A DNA stretch of 63,595 nucleotides, counting the filler, from Chrysochromulina tobinii (taxonomy: Eukaryota): assembly GCA_001275005.1 (NCBI GenBank). It is 5 parts of 5 records of this genome, joined end to end, with 100 filler letters (N's around TTAATTAATTAA, not from the genome) between each part and the next. Parts side by side here need not be neighbours in the genome. Positions count along the whole stretch, not along the records: positions 22,828 to 39,396 come from JWZX01000695.1; positions 39,497 to 42,939 come from JWZX01000696.1; positions 43,040 to 57,970 come from JWZX01000697.1; 2 more parts are not named here. One strand, given 5' to 3'. This document shows, one piece after another, positions 33,293 to 46,000 of this stretch. The notes under the pieces were generated by a model. That model did no database searches. It saw nothing but the letters and a program-made list of their open reading frames with translations, and had not been told where the DNA came from. A program made the position numbers and the translations under genes. The stretch's first letter is position 1, and every line of letters starts with the position of its first letter.

Positions 33293-35071
33293 CGGCGGCG
33301 GCGGCGGCAGCAGCGGCAGCAGCGGCCGCAGCGGCAGCAGCGGCAGCGGCAGCGGCAGCGGCAGCGGCAGTCCAGATGTGGGCCCCGATGGCGCGGACGG
33401 CGCTCGCGTTGAGAGAGGCTCTGACGCGACCTCGGACGCGCTGCCGTGGGCGCTCAACGGCCGCTGGACTTCAATTGAGCCGGTCTGGCTTGGTGCGATG
33501 CAGCTCGACTTGGACTCATCGGCAGCCACGCGAGCTGCAGTCCTGCGCGAGTGGGTAGCGTTTAGCCGTCGGCGGCTCGACCTCGGTGCGGCGCGCGCGT
33601 CGTCGTGTGCGGGCCGGGTCCTGCAACCTCGCTCGGCGCGCACGCAGACCTTCCTCGAGGTGAGCGAGGCGCGCGAGCAGATGCACAAGAACAAGTTTGT
33701 GGTCTCGGACGCGCTGTACATTGCACACGTGCTCGGGAGGGCGCTCGTAGAGCCGATGGTGTCCAACTCACGCCTTGGAGAGGAGCGACCCGAGCAGACG
33801 GTCCAGATTCGCGCCTCGTCGCGAATCGAAGACTTGCGAAGACCCGAGCAGACGGTCCAGATTCGCGCCTCGTCGCGAATCGAAGACTTGCGAAGACTTG
33901 CGGACGCGGACGCCACCAACGGTGCCGACGCTTCGAGGGACGGCAGCGGCGAGGCCGACGGCGGCGAGGGCGAGGGCGGCGGCGACGGCAGCAACGCCAA
34001 GCGTTCAGGCGAGGAGGCGTCGGAGGAGGAGGCGGAGGAGGCGGCTGCACAGGCACGTTGATTGCTACTGATGACCTGCCTTGCATGCAAGTGCTCACCA
34101 CAGCGCGTTCGGCTCTCGAGGCGGCTGCACAGGCGGGGGCCGCACGCGCCGCGAGCGCCACCAAGCAAGCGATCGCGGACGCGGACGCGGATGGCGCTCG
34201 CCGCTTCAGTAGGCTGATGCTTCGTCACTATTGGGACCTCGAGCCGTTGTGCGAGCGCTTCGATCTGGTGCCGCGCTCGATTCATCACAAGTACAAGCGG
34301 GGCGGGCACGTGGTGATTTCGCCGCGGGAGGCCAACCGCGGCATCGGGCTATGGCGACTGCACACTCGCCAGGCGGTGTTGCGAGCCTTCCGCCCCGTGC
34401 TGAGCAGCAAGACGATTGAGATTCGAGGCATGTGGCGCTCAGTCACGAACGCCGAGGCGCTGCGCATAGGGCATGCTCTGCCTTATCAGGGAGTGAGCCT
34501 GCGCCCCTCGACGTGGGAGCTCAACCCTGGCTATGAGCTCATCGCCGTGCAGCTCATCGCCGGCCTGATGGACCCGAGCGCTGGCGGCCGCTTCCTCGCC
34601 GTCCAATGGCGCTCTGAAGATTGGCACAAGCAGCTCCAAAAACGGGGCGAGGACCACACGAAGCCCGAGGCGCTGCATGCGTGTGCACGCTGGGCCGTGA
34701 GCCACATCAGTGACGAGATGCGCAAGCACGGCCTTGGTGAGGCGTATCTCGCAACTGATCTGCGCGGCGGTGCCTCGGGCACGTATGCCGTCGGAGTCGC
34801 GCAGGCGGAGGCGCTGCAGATACTCTACAAGGCGGTGCCGCGCATGAACAACCCTCGAATGCGCGCCTTCATTGATGCCATCCCGGACGCGGGCGTTCGC
34901 GCCAACGTGGAGACAGCCATCTGCCTCAAGGCCACCGTGCTGCTCGCGACGACTGGCCAGTGCAAGGACTGCGAGCATGCGCGCCGCTGTGCCAAGATGT
35001 CCTCCGCGTTTGGCCACTACATCGTCGAGCGGCGCCAGGCATTCATGCGGCCGACGAGTCCACTCTTCTGA
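31923..35071 (+). CDS. Cys-rich-repeat protein with C-terminal O-fucosyltransferase-like (GT-B) domain; 2 exons, GC-AG intron
   Basis: Exons 31923-34052 and 34133-35071 are in frame. LGRALVEP, FLAVQWRSE, YLATD, VETAICLKA and SSAF...I match POFUT-type motifs. N-terminal PAN-like CC..C...C unit and repeated A..N.L...C...C.[FY]...GW.Y....C units. Confidence 0.65.
33787..33894 (+). repeat. Exact 54-nt in-frame tandem duplication (RPEQTVQIRASSRIEDLR x2)
   Basis: 33787-33840 equals 33841-33894. Confidence 0.9.
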
Positions 35072-35376
35072 TCCCCCAGGTGCGGCATTTCGAAATAAGC
35101 GCGCGTGCACCCTAGAAGCTGGTGACCCGGTGACATGGAGCCTATACGCGTGTCTTACCAGTCACGCGCGATACATCCTACATACTTGACTTGTCTTGAA
35201 TTGACCTGTTGCTGCGCGGGGGGGCGACGAAACTGACTTTCATCACATGTCATCAGCAACGCGTGAATGACCGTGGTGCTCCTGTGACGGCATCGACCGA
35301 AGCGCTCGCAAGCCGCGGTAGGGTACCACTTTTCTTACACCCTGGAGACAACACACGCCGGTTGACGCGCATCCGA

Positions 35377-37572
35377 ATGGAGAGCATTCCCCCGACCGAC
35401 GAGGACCTCAAGAAGCTGGCGGCCGAGGCGGCGGACCGACGGCTCAAGGGGCTCACCGACGAGGCTGAGCGCGGCGCGCGTGACATCCACGTCGCCGACC
35501 ACATGCCTATCAAGCGCTTCTTCTACGCAGCAAAGACCATCTTGCAGCAAGCACGCACGCTGGCGGGCGAGCAGGACCTCGAGCGCGCGTACGTGCTGCT
35601 GATCCGCTTCTCAACCCTCTTTGTCGAGGTGCTTCCTACGCACGCTGGCTTCAAGACCGCAGAGGTCGCTGATGACCGGAAGGCACTGATCAAAGAGGTC
35701 TCGAAAGTGCTTGAGGAAGCGACTCTCGTGAAGAGCGTGCTCCGATCGCGCTACCTCGTCGACGACGAGGCGCGCATCCGAGCCGAAGTGGAGTTGCAGC
35801 AGCAGGCTGCGGCCGAGGCCAAGGCTGCGGCCGAGGCCCAGGCTGCCGCAAAGGCCGCGGCCGAAGCGGCGGCTGCGAATGCGGCGCGGGCAGCGGCGGC
35901 AGCGGCGGAGGCGAGGAGAGTCGCCGAGGCAGAGGCAAAGGCCAAGGCCAAGGCGGCGGCGGAGGCGGCGGAGGTGGCGGCCGCACTCGCGGCCGTCGAA
36001 GAGTTCGAGAAACGCGAGCACTCGGCGAGTCGAGCCAACGCTCTGTTGGCACAAGCTAGGGCCGCCGAGGCCAAGGCAGCCGAGGCGGCGGCAGCCGAGA
36101 AGGCGGCGGCCGAGGTGGCGGGCACCAGGGCGGCGGCCTTGGCCTCGTGGTCCGAGCCAGCGTGGGCGGCGCCAGTTTGCGGCGCCTGCGCGGACGGGTC
36201 TGACACGCACCTCAGCCTACCCCCGCCGGCATACCCGCCGGCATACCCGCCGGCCTACCCTGAAGATCGTTCGGCAGCTAGCGGCAGCGGCGGCGGCAAC
36301 GTCGGAGGAGGAGGAGGAGGAGGAGGCGCCAGCGCTCGTGATGGGGCTCTGTCCATGGAAGCCGCAGCCGCAGCCGCGGCGGAGGCCTACGCGCCGCGGT
36401 GGGCGGCAGCGCCGCCGGTGATACCGCCATCGCAGCCGGTGGCAGCAGCAGCCCTCGCGCAGCCGCTGTCAGTGTCGCCGCTGACTCCGCCGAGCGCGCC
36501 CCTCGGCCAGTTCGACGTGCCATCGCCCGCATACCGGGTGCCGACCTTCCCTCCGCCCGCGACCGCGGTGGCAAGCGCCGTGGCAAGCACGCCCGCCGCC
36601 GCCGCCACCGACGCACGCAGCGCGCCGCGGCCCACTGCCGCCACCAACGACGGTTTGGGACCCCTTCCAAAAGACCTCGTCAGCCTCAGCCTGCAGCCCA
36701 AGGTGCCCTGCGCCTACAGTGGCGGCAGCTACATTGGCGGCTCTGCCCAGTCGTTCGCGGTACCGTCGCAAACGGTACAGCAGAGCACAAGCATGGTGCC
36801 CCCCGTCACACGCCCGTCCGCGCCCCTAGCGCCGGGCGCCGTCCCGGGCACCACCCTGCTCGCGGGCGGCGCCTCTCCATTCAGTGGTTGTGGCAGCTGC
36901 GCACCGCCGCCCTTTTCCTGGGATCCAACGAGGACAACCACGCCGCCGGGTCACGTCGGTGCCCAACTCGGCGCCACCGGCCGCGCGCACGGCAACCCTA
37001 CCGGTATCGGCTCTAACCTCCGGCCGCTGCTGATCCCCGAGGCACTCATCAGCACCTTCGAGCGGCTCGCCGCATCCAACACGGCACGGAACATCGAGAC
37101 TTGCGGGATCCTGGTAGGCACGGTCGTGAACGGCGAGCTGCGTACCGACCGACTCCTGTTGCCCTCCCAGACGGGTACGAGTGACACGTGCACCACCACG
37201 GACGAGAATGAGATCTGGGACTATTGCTCCGGACAGGGCGCGTGTACCTTCGGATGGATCCACACACACCCGACGCAGACGTGCTTTCTCTCGTCGATGG
37301 ACTTGCATACGCACTGCGGCTACCAGAGCATGCTCGATGAGGCCGTCGCCATCGTCCTTTCACCCTCACGCACGCCCCGACACGGCGTCTTTCGACTTTC
37401 GCATCCGGACCCGCCCGGCCTGCGTGAGCTTCAGCGCTGCCGGAAGCACGGCTTCCATCCAGACCACCAGCGTAACGGGCAGGACGCGGGCAACGGCGTG
37501 TACGAGCACTCGACACACATCCGATGGACCCAGACCCCTATCCAAGTGGTCGACCTACGCAAGCCCAAGTGA
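35377..37572 (+). CDS. STAMBP: AMSH/STAMBP-like JAMM deubiquitinase
   Basis: N-terminal MIT/USP8-dimerisation-like region (PIKRFF...DLERAYVLLIRFSTLFVEVLPTH). C-terminal MPN+ domain NTARNIETCGIL...GWIHTHPTQTCFLSSMDLHTH. Confidence 0.92.
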   Translation: MESIPPTDEDLKKLAAEAADRRLKGLTDEAERGARDIHVADHMPIKRFFYAAKTILQQARTLAGEQDLERAYVLLIRFSTLFVEVLPTHAGFKTAEVADDRKALIKEVSKVLEEATLVKSVLRSRYLVDDEARIRAEVELQQQAAAEAKAAAEAQAAAKAAAEAAAANAARAAAAAAEARRVAEAEAKAKAKAAAEAAEVAAALAAVEEFEKREHSASRANALLAQARAAEAKAAEAAAAEKAAAEVAGTRAAALASWSEPAWAAPVCGACADGSDTHLSLPPPAYPPAYPPAYPEDRSAASGSGGGNVGGGGGGGGASARDGALSMEAAAAAAAEAYAPRWAAAPPVIPPSQPVAAAALAQPLSVSPLTPPSAPLGQFDVPSPAYRVPTFPPPATAVASAVASTPAAAATDARSAPRPTAATNDGLGPLPKDLVSLSLQPKVPCAYSGGSYIGGSAQSFAVPSQTVQQSTSMVPPVTRPSAPLAPGAVPGTTLLAGGASPFSGCGSCAPPPFSWDPTRTTTPPGHVGAQLGATGRAHGNPTGIGSNLRPLLIPEALISTFERLAASNTARNIETCGILVGTVVNGELRTDRLLLPSQTGTSDTCTTTDENEIWDYCSGQGACTFGWIHTHPTQTCFLSSMDLHTHCGYQSMLDEAVAIVLSPSRTPRHGVFRLSHPDPPGLRELQRCRKHGFHPDHQRNGQDAGNGVYEHSTHIRWTQTPIQVVDLRKPK

Positions 37573-38190
37573 CGCGCACGCTGCTGCACCTTGGAGCCTG
37601 CGTGGCTGCATGCTGCACAGCCTGCGCACACACTCATCCCGCGCTGCGTACGACACAGCTCATGCCGCAGTGCAGTGCCGCAGTGGGTGTGCGGGGATGT
37701 GGGCTCTATGCAGCGCTGCCGCGATGTTTAGAATTCATGACGGCTACCCTCGGCCGGGTGATCTGCCCCCCTTTTGTCCGGTCTCACCTCTGTCCACTGC
37801 CTCACACCGAGCGCGGTGGCACGTGTGCTGCGCGCGGGTGCGCTTATGAACGTTTTTGCACTGTGAACTAGCGATTTTTGCGGGACGACGGTCGTGGCGG
37901 CGGCGGGACTTGCGATCTTGATTTCTTGTAACATTTGAGAACTCATCATTTGTGTTTAACAACGTTAACAACCGAACACTAACCATTTAACAACATTAGC
38001 GCTTGAAAAAAACACTAAGCCAACGTTAGGAGTCAACATTAACCGGTTCGGCGACGCGGCGGGGGCCGCGGGGGCGGGGGGCCGCGCGCGTCTAACGCAA
38101 GTTTGAAGTTAACAACTCGCTCGACCTCGACCTCGAGCACGTGGCTTCTGCTGAATGTTTTGAGTTTGATCGTTCGATCCTGGCTGACTA

Positions 38191-39159
38191 TCACTCCCAG
38201 ACCGCTGACCAGTCTTCCCCACGTCCTCGAAGTCCTCGTTCGCGTCCCCCGCGACTTCCTAAAGCTAAACGGGGAGGCTTCGGCCCCCTTACAGCTTTCC
38301 TTGGCGCGGCGCCGAAGGAGAAGGCTGCAATCGCACATGACAGCGATGCGGGTATGATGCGCCGATCGCTCAGCCCGACATACATCCGGGGAAGCACCCC
38401 AGGGACGACTTCGCGCTGACCGCGCAGGGTGGCCGAAAGCATGATTCGAGCGGCTCTCTCCGCGCTAAGCACCACCCCTCCAACGGAGCGCACGCCCGGC
38501 AGCGAGAACACGGCGGATTTCTCCAGCCCTGACTTGGATGCAAACTCGCTGTCGACCGCGCCCGGCATCCCGCACGTCACGCTTACGCCCGAACGGCGCA
38601 GCTCTGCGCCAGCGCCGGCCGCCAACGAGCGAAGAAATGCTTTACTCGCAGCGTAGCACGCAACGCCCGGCACGCCTGGAGCGGCGCCTGCACTCGAAGC
38701 CACGAGCAAGACGCGCCCATGGCCACGTGCGGCAAACGACGCACCTACACGCTGCAAAAGTGCAACGTTGGCGCCCACGTTGAGCGCAAGCATTCGCTGA
38801 AGCTCGGGAGCGGACTGCTGGCACATGGCTGCAGGAATCGGGCAGACGCCTGCGTTGAGGATGAGGAGATCGAGTTTCTCGAAATCGGCAGCGGATCGAA
38901 CTGCGTCGACGCCCACCACGGACGACAGATCAGCTGGCACGATCCTGGTGCGAGTGCCGTGGGTCGCTTCCAGTTCCGCAGCAAGGGTAACAAGTTGTGG
39001 AAATCGTCTTGCAACCAGAATGACATCGTACCCTGCAGATGCCGCCTCTCGAGCCAGAGCTGCCCCGATTCCAGAGGACGCGCCGGTCACCAGCGCCCAC
39101 GGTCGGTCGGTAGCGAAGTCAGAGATGGCCATCAGCCCGCCTGCCAGCAGCAACCACAT
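38191..39159 (-). CDS. Short-chain dehydrogenase/reductase
   Basis: ALVTGASSGIG, LILNAG, VASSAG, YAASK and PGAVDSEF. Confidence 0.92.
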   Translation of the reverse strand: MWLLLAGGLMAISDFATDRPWALVTGASSGIGAALAREAASAGYDVILVARRFPQLVTLAAELEATHGTRTRIVPADLSSVVGVDAVRSAADFEKLDLLILNAGVCPIPAAMCQQSAPELQRMLALNVGANVALLQRVGASFAARGHGRVLLVASSAGAAPGVPGVACYAASKAFLRSLAAGAGAELRRSGVSVTCGMPGAVDSEFASKSGLEKSAVFSLPGVRSVGGVVLSAERAARIMLSATLRGQREVVPGVLPRMYVGLSDRRIIPASLSCAIAAFSFGAAPRKAVRGPKPPRLALGSRGGRERGLRGRGEDWSAVWE

Positions 39160-39396
39160 CTATGAATATTTCCGGGGGAGGCGGCGTTTTGGGCGTGGTG
39201 GATCCCACAGGGTCGGCCTGGCCTCGGCCTGGCCTCGCCTGCGCTGGTTCGCGCACTGAGGCCGCTGGAGCGCGAGCGGAGCGATATTTCACGTACGGAT
39301 GGACGCAAACGAAGCGCACACGGCTGAAGCGCAGCAGCGTGCGGCCGCCGAAGAAGAATTGGCGAAGAGCGCTCTCCGGCAGGCGGAGATCAAGCG

Positions 39397-39496
39397 NNNN
39401 NNNNNNNNNNNNNNNNNNNNNNNNNNNNNNNNNNNNNNNNTTAATTAATTAANNNNNNNNNNNNNNNNNNNNNNNNNNNNNNNNNNNNNNNNNNNN
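39397..39496. other. Artificial contig linker
   Basis: N44-TTAATTAATTAA-N44. Confidence 0.97.
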
Positions 39497-40316
39497 CAAA
39501 CTTGGCCTTGAGAAACTCCTTGAAATCGAATGCATTGCCTACGATCATGATGGAGCGTGGGAGAATGCCGTCGTTGCGCGTCTCGAATTGCGTCGCCGAC
39601 GTCGCGAGCGTGAAGTGCGGCCTCTTAACCTTGTCGAAGGGGGAGACGTCGAGCTCAAGGTTCAACTGGGAGGAGGTCTTGCGCATCTTGGGGGAGGTCT
39701 TGATGCTCTCGAACAGTCTCAGAGCGACCTCCTTCGTCGGAACTTTCACGGCCCATTCCTTCTGCTCCTCGAAGAAATTCGGCCTCTCGACATGGGCAAC
39801 TTTGCTGACGAGCGCCTTGAACGGCTCGTTCTCTCCGAACGGAATGTGGATGGCAAAGTACATGTTACCCGTAGGCTGCCCTGTCTTGGGACCCTGCTGG
39901 TGCACCGCGGCAACGATGTGCGCATGGGCGTCCTTTTCCTTTTTCTTGTCGAAGTACTTGTATCTTGTTCGCCGACGAGTCCTTGACAGGTCGCCGAATC
40001 CTTGCAGGTCGTGGAAGCTTCTCTTCTTCTTCTTCTTCGGCGTCTCTGCCGGCGCTTTCTTAGAGGAGCGCTCCGTAAAGGAGAAGCGCTCCGGCGTCGC
40101 TTTCTCTGGCACGAGGATTTCATTATGATACGACACGTCAGGGTCGAGATGACGGTCGGAAGAGGTCCCTTTTCCGACGTTGGCCGCACTTCTGATGAGC
40201 AGTTCTTCTTGCACCTGCAGGTCGTGCTCCTCGTCGTCGCTCTCGGGCACAGTATTCTTCTTCCCCTTCGTCACCGGTACGACCGGGGCTTTGCCCTTGC
40301 TCGAGCGAGGTGGCAT
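39497..40316 (-). CDS. Hypothetical Lys-rich protein, truncated at contig end
   Basis: Open frame with coding-like codon usage, MPPRSSKGK start and NLS-like PKKKKKR. No family recognised. Confidence 0.5.
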
Positions 40317-40798
40317 GACCACCACCGACGCCGCTCTCTTTCTTCCGTCCAGTCACGGACAAAGATCGGGGTTGGTCCGACCTTTGCGCCAACGATACTT
40401 GCCTAGAAAGGCAAGGATGAACTGGCATGGTGGTTCTTTGCATGAGTTTATCCTACTGTACTTGTACTGCAGTACTCTGCACTGGATGCGCTACTGACAT
40501 GGGGCGAGCGTGGGGTAGGCGTCGCTCGGCGTCGGAGTCAAGCGTGTCGCACTAGGTCGCTGCCGTGCGCCGTCGAGCGCTGCATACGAGCCTCAGCTTG
40601 ACCACCTTCGTGAGCAGCGCGGGCCAGAGCTCGTCGGCCGCTGCCAAAGAGCCACCATGCCGTCCAGGCCGCTCGGCGCTCGGAGCGAGCGCCGAATTAC
40701 GACGTAGTGTCTGGAGCTCGCAGTAGGAGACCGTGGTGGGCGGAAAGCTCCAGCGTTGCATGAAACGCAGCATTGGCGCGCGGGCGTCCGCAGCGGCG

Positions 40799-41072
40799 GC
40801 CGGTTGCGCGCGTACGCACTCAGCGCCGAGTTTAACACGATCGCGTTGGCGCGCACGTTGGCTGAGCGTATCGCCTGCACCTGCCACATCGCGTGTGTCG
40901 CTGTCGCTTGGCGCTGCACGCGCATGTCGCGCGGCAGCTAGCGCGCGGGCTTCCACAGCGTTAGCCGGTTGCGCGCGTACGCACTCAGCGCCGAGTTGAA
41001 GATGATCGCGTCGGCGCGCACGTTGGTTGAGCGCATCGCCTGCATCAGCCGCAGCGTACGTGTCGCTTGGCA
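40799..41072. repeat. Degenerate direct repeat, period ~165 nt
   Basis: GCCGGTTGCGCGCGTACGCACTCAGCGCCGAGTT...GTGTCGCT...TTGGC recurs at 40799 and 40964. Confidence 0.75.
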
Positions 41073-41825
41073 CCCCTCACAGCACGCGGCGACTGCGGAG
41101 TAGGTCCGACGGCCGAGTGTCGTTGACGTCTAGGACGGCGATTGGTACGTCGGATTTAGCCTCATTCGAATCGTCGCCCTTTGATCTATCGGACTCCTCC
41201 ACGCCACGAGCATGCTCGCAGAAGATGAAGAGTATGAAGACGCAGTGCTGTACGAGCGCCTCAGCACGCCTGTTCTGCGCAGTGCGCGCCCCGAGCTCGA
41301 CGTACCCACACCCTGGACGAGATGGCTTTGGACTGGAGCCCCTAATTCGAAGTTATGGCCTCGAGCATGCGCTGCGACGTCGTAGCGCGTCTCGATGAGG
41401 CAGAGCCGCGTCCCCGGTTTTCCGGCCGCTGTCTTGGGTGGTCAGTGATTCCCAAAAAGAATGACCCCGGGGTGGGGTGGGGGGGGAGGGGGGGGTCGAT
41501 CGCGGAGAAAACATTCGCGGGGAGAACATTTCCTCGCGTCGCGCGGGGCCCGCTTCTCGCGACTCGCGGGGTGCCGGCCGCACTCTTCTCGCTCGGGCGC
41601 GCTCGAGTCGGACGCGTGTCATGCCTTCTACGTATACTTCTAAGAATCCGCAGTATACACGCGCGTCTGGGATCTTCAAGGCCGACTCCTTCACGGTCTT
41701 GAGGCAGTCACGAGCCCACAGACAGTGGCCATGAGGCGACATGAAGCCATGCCGCCTCGGTACTGCTATGAGCACGTTGAGTGCCATCCTGCTCCCCGCA
41801 TCGCGAGCAGACCAGTGTTGACCAG

Positions 41826-42939
41826 ATGATGATGAAGGTCCGCGCCGATGGCACGACGCTCGCGTCCGAGTTCTCATGCCTCATCCTGGACAACGCCTCC
41901 ATAAGGACGAGGACTTTATCCTCAAGATGAAGACACACATCCACGTCATGTTCATCCCGCCGTATTGCTATCACCTCTCACCCCTCGACTTTGGTGCTTA
42001 TGGCTTAGTCGAAAGTCGAGCGCTTCCTGAGGAAGATGGGCGAGGACTTTGGGGAGCACAACTGACGAACAGGCGAAATGGTGTTTCCATAATTGCCGGT
42101 ATTTGTTCTGATTAATTGTTAACGTAAGGTTCTACACTCAAGCGTTGTGATACGGCGGCAGAGGTGGAGGCGGCGGCGGTGACGTGCAAGGCGAGTCGCG
42201 GGAGACGGGTCACGGCACACGGGAGGGTGCGGCAAGGCGGCGGGCGGAAGCCTGCGGCGCACACGCAGCCGGCCGGAATCGGTGCGAGGAAGCCTGCGGC
42301 GCAAAGCGGCGCACACGCATCCGATGACGGCGAGGGGATTATGGCGGGGCGGCGGTGGAGACGGACGGCGGCGGCGAACCTGTGTCAGCACCGACGCACC
42401 GATGGCGCACGCCCCTCGGGGAACGCAAAGGTGTGCGCTCAGCACCGTCGCTTGACGACGGTGTCGAGCGACAGGTCATGAGCAAAGGAGCAGAAAGTCA
42501 GGCAAGCGGAGTTGAGAGGCGCACCTGGAATGCGGACGTGTTGAATGTGCCCTTAGTCATTCGCCAGTCCTCAAAGCCTCTCGACGAGAAGAGCGTCAAG
42601 GCGGAGATTCGCCCACCGCGCGTGAGATGCCAGTCACGCACGTAAGGGGTGATGCCACGAAAGCCCCAGCCGATGTTGGGCCTCAAGTTACGACGATCCT
42701 TGGCCGTCTCGTCCAGCACGAGAAGCTGGTCAGCCGTGTAGTAGGTCATAAGCTCCATCCAGAAGTCGCGGGCCTTGTCCTCATCACGCTTGCGAGCGAA
42801 GTGCTGCACCTGCAAACATGACGATGTGTGGCAACCGTCAGAGGCTGCAGTGTGATGAGGACAAGGCCCGCGACTTCTGGATGGAGCTTATGACCTACTA
42901 CACGGCTGACCAGCTTCTCGTGCTGGACGAGACGGCCAA
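41826..42939. mobile_element. Rearranged IS630/Tc1-mariner-like transposase remnants
   Basis: Minus strand ~42525-42808: ARKRDE..R.FW...DQLLVLDETAKD...GWGFRG...RGGRISAL...GTFN. Plus strand 41826-42012: CLILDNAS (frameshift) HKD...VMFIPPYCYHLSPLD. Plus 42852-42939 is an inverted copy of 42700-42787. Confidence 0.8.
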
Positions 42940-43039
42940 NNNNNNNNNNNNNNNNNNNNNNNNNNNNNNNNNNNNNNNNNNNNTTAATTAATTAANNNNN
43001 NNNNNNNNNNNNNNNNNNNNNNNNNNNNNNNNNNNNNNN
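42940..43039. other. Artificial contig linker
   Basis: N44-TTAATTAATTAA-N44. Confidence 0.97.
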
Positions 43040-46000
43040 AAGCTACGGAGTTGCTCACTGGCTATCTGGACTCGCAGGCCTCCTGCGAGCACGGCGAGGA
43101 GGGTCTGCTCATCAATGTGCACCCCACGACGACCGCTAGGCTGTTTCGCGAGTCCCTCGTGAAACGCGCTCCCAGCCATCCAAGCAGTCGCTTCCGCCAC
43201 GCAAACAAGGAGCAAGAGTGGACACACGTGAAGACGGTCCACTCGATCCACTCGACGATGCTCAAGGCCGCGCTCACCCACGAGCACACGATGGTTGTCG
43301 AGGCCAACTGCGTGTCGGTCGACATGTCCACCCCACTCTTCGACGGTCGGTACACCAGGGCACGGTCGAACTGCGAATACACCATTGAAAGCACGCAAAG
43401 CTTAGGAGAATTCGGCATGACGCGCGTCTTCCTGGCGATCGTCACCATGCGCTTACCGGGCGGCTTGAATGCGGGCGCGTGCGATGGCGTGACGGACAAG
43501 CTCAAGCCCGTCAACGCGACGATCTTCATGAGCACCGAGCGCGTGGGCGTCATCGAGCTACCGGTCCTCGATGAGGACGGCTCGATGAGCGTCTCCATCG
43601 GACGGTACGTGATCGACCCGCATGGCCTGCAAGATACTATCGAGTGGGATGAGGACAAACGACTCATTTGGTCCAAGTTAGGCCAGGCGTACGAGAAGAC
43701 AAGCAGCATTGAGGACGCGGAGGTCGGGATTCTGAAACGGAACGCGGATGCGTGGTTGCACTGGAATTGGGGACTCGATCGCATCGACACATGGCAGATC
43801 GACCTTAACAACGAGTACCGCTTCGGCTACGCGACAGGTGAAGGCACCACGCTGTTCAACCTGGACACAGGTGTCGCCGTCTATCACGACGACTTCGGCC
43901 GTGCGCTCGGCCGTGCGCGCGGCGGCTACTCGGCTGGCTGTGCGGATGGGACGGAGCTCACCTGCCTGGACAAATGGATTTACCCGGGCACCGTAGACGA
44001 CGGTGTGATGGCGCGCAACAGGACGACGTTCAAGGGCTGCTCCGAGCACGGCACGCACACCTCGTCGACCGCTGTGGGCACGAAGTACGGTGTCTCTAGC
44101 GGCGCCAAGCTCGTCGCGGTGCAGGTGCTCAGTTGCGACGGCGTCGGGTCGGATGCGACGATCCTCGCCGGCCTCGACTGGTCCATCAACCACGCTCTTA
44201 CGCAGAGGCCGTGGCGCCCTTCCGTTGCGTCCCTCTCTCTGGGAGGCCCACGTGGTCAATCGATCGCGTACAACGACGCGGTGAAGAGCATCTCAGCGAT
44301 AAGCATGCTCATCGTCGTGGCGGCGGGCAACGACGCTGGTGACTCGTGCGCCGAGTCACCGGCCGACATCGCGGAGGCCATGACGGTGGGTGCGAGCACC
44401 CTGATTCAGCCCGATGTAGAGGACGGCAAGTTGCTGCAGCTCGCATCAGGCGAGGCACCGCCTCTCTATGACGTCCAAGCAGAGTACAGCGACATGGGCT
44501 CATGCGTCGACCTCTTTGCCCCAAGCTCGCAGATTCTCACCGCCGTCCCTACGTACGGCTCGACGCACATTGCGGGCATCCTCTCGGGCACGTCGATGGC
44601 GACGCCCTTCGTTGCGGGCATCGCACTGCAAATCCTCGGGTTCGTCCCAAGTTTTCATGCTGACAACGTGACGCGCGCTCTCCACACGCTGCTGATTACC
44701 TTCCTCATCTCGGGCATCTGGTACGAGCGTGCCGCCGCCGTCGCCGCCGCGTTCAAGACGATTACCGAGCAGTACGAATTCTTTGCGAATCTTGACTTTG
44801 TGGTAGGCGTGTCGACGCTGCTCGTGCAATTACTGTGTTTCTCGCACAAGTACTCACTGTGCTGGCTTGGCTTCCACTGCACGCTCGTGGCCGAGCCGAT
44901 CGCAATGGCCGTTGGGCTGTGCATCGCTAACGTGCATCCAGGGCTGCTCTCGATCGCCCTCCTATATGGGTTCCGCAAGATCATGCACTACTCCAAGCCG
45001 GCCAAGGAGGGGCTGTACGCGTCGCTGCCCAAGGAAGTCGTCTTCATCACCAAGCCGCTGCTCCAAACGCTCGTCTATCGCGCCGGCTCGCTTGTGGGTG
45101 TGGCCTACTTCACCGCCGCCATCCAGTGGGGACTTAGCCCCAAGGTTCGTCAGTACATGCTTCTTGGGGTCGCCGTTGGTTGGGCGGCCAATTGCTTTTG
45201 GCTGGGCATCCTCGCCGAGCGCCACCAGCAGGCGCAGGACGAGCAGTTGCGGGACAGTCACGGCTGCGCTTCCCGGCTTGCCCCCTCCCGCCGCTCGATG
45301 AAAGTGTATCCGGCGCTCTGCATACTTGGAGGTCTCGTTGTCGTCAGCGGCAATTCTGGTGATGGTTTTGTCTCTGCTGCGCGTTCAAACGGTTCTCCAA
45401 GCCAATCATGTATCCGCATTGGTTTCCTTGGCCGGGCAGATATCGTCAAGCCGGCACTATTTACGCCCGCTGCGCGCCGCCCGGGCATGGTGGCCATTGT
45501 TGGGCTTGCGGCGCGGTCTGTGCAGGATGCAATCGCCTTCAAGCAGCAGCACTTGGAATACCTTTCAAATGCAACTGTGTACTCCAGTTACAGCGCGCTC
45601 CTTACGAGCCCGGACGTTGATGGTGTGTACATTGCATTGCCGACCAGCTTACACTTTGAGTGGGCGGCGCTTGCTCTCGCGGCCGGTAAGCACGTTCTTC
45701 TTGAGAAGCCACTTACTTCGAATGCTGTACAGGCTGAAGCACTGGTAGCACTTGCACGGCAGCGCAATCTTGTGCTCATGCACGGCTTGCACAACCTGCA
45801 CCATCCAATGATAGCGCGCGTGCGTGCGCTCGTACGCGGGCTAGGCAAACTACGCCACGCAGAAGCAAAACTGATCATGCCGAAGAAGTGGATTCAGAGG
45901 AAGGGGTCGCGCTATGACTCAGCTCTCTCGGGAGGCAGCGCCATGGACCTTGCTGGCTACGTGCTGAGCACGCTCCTAGAAATTCTGTATGACGATAGTC

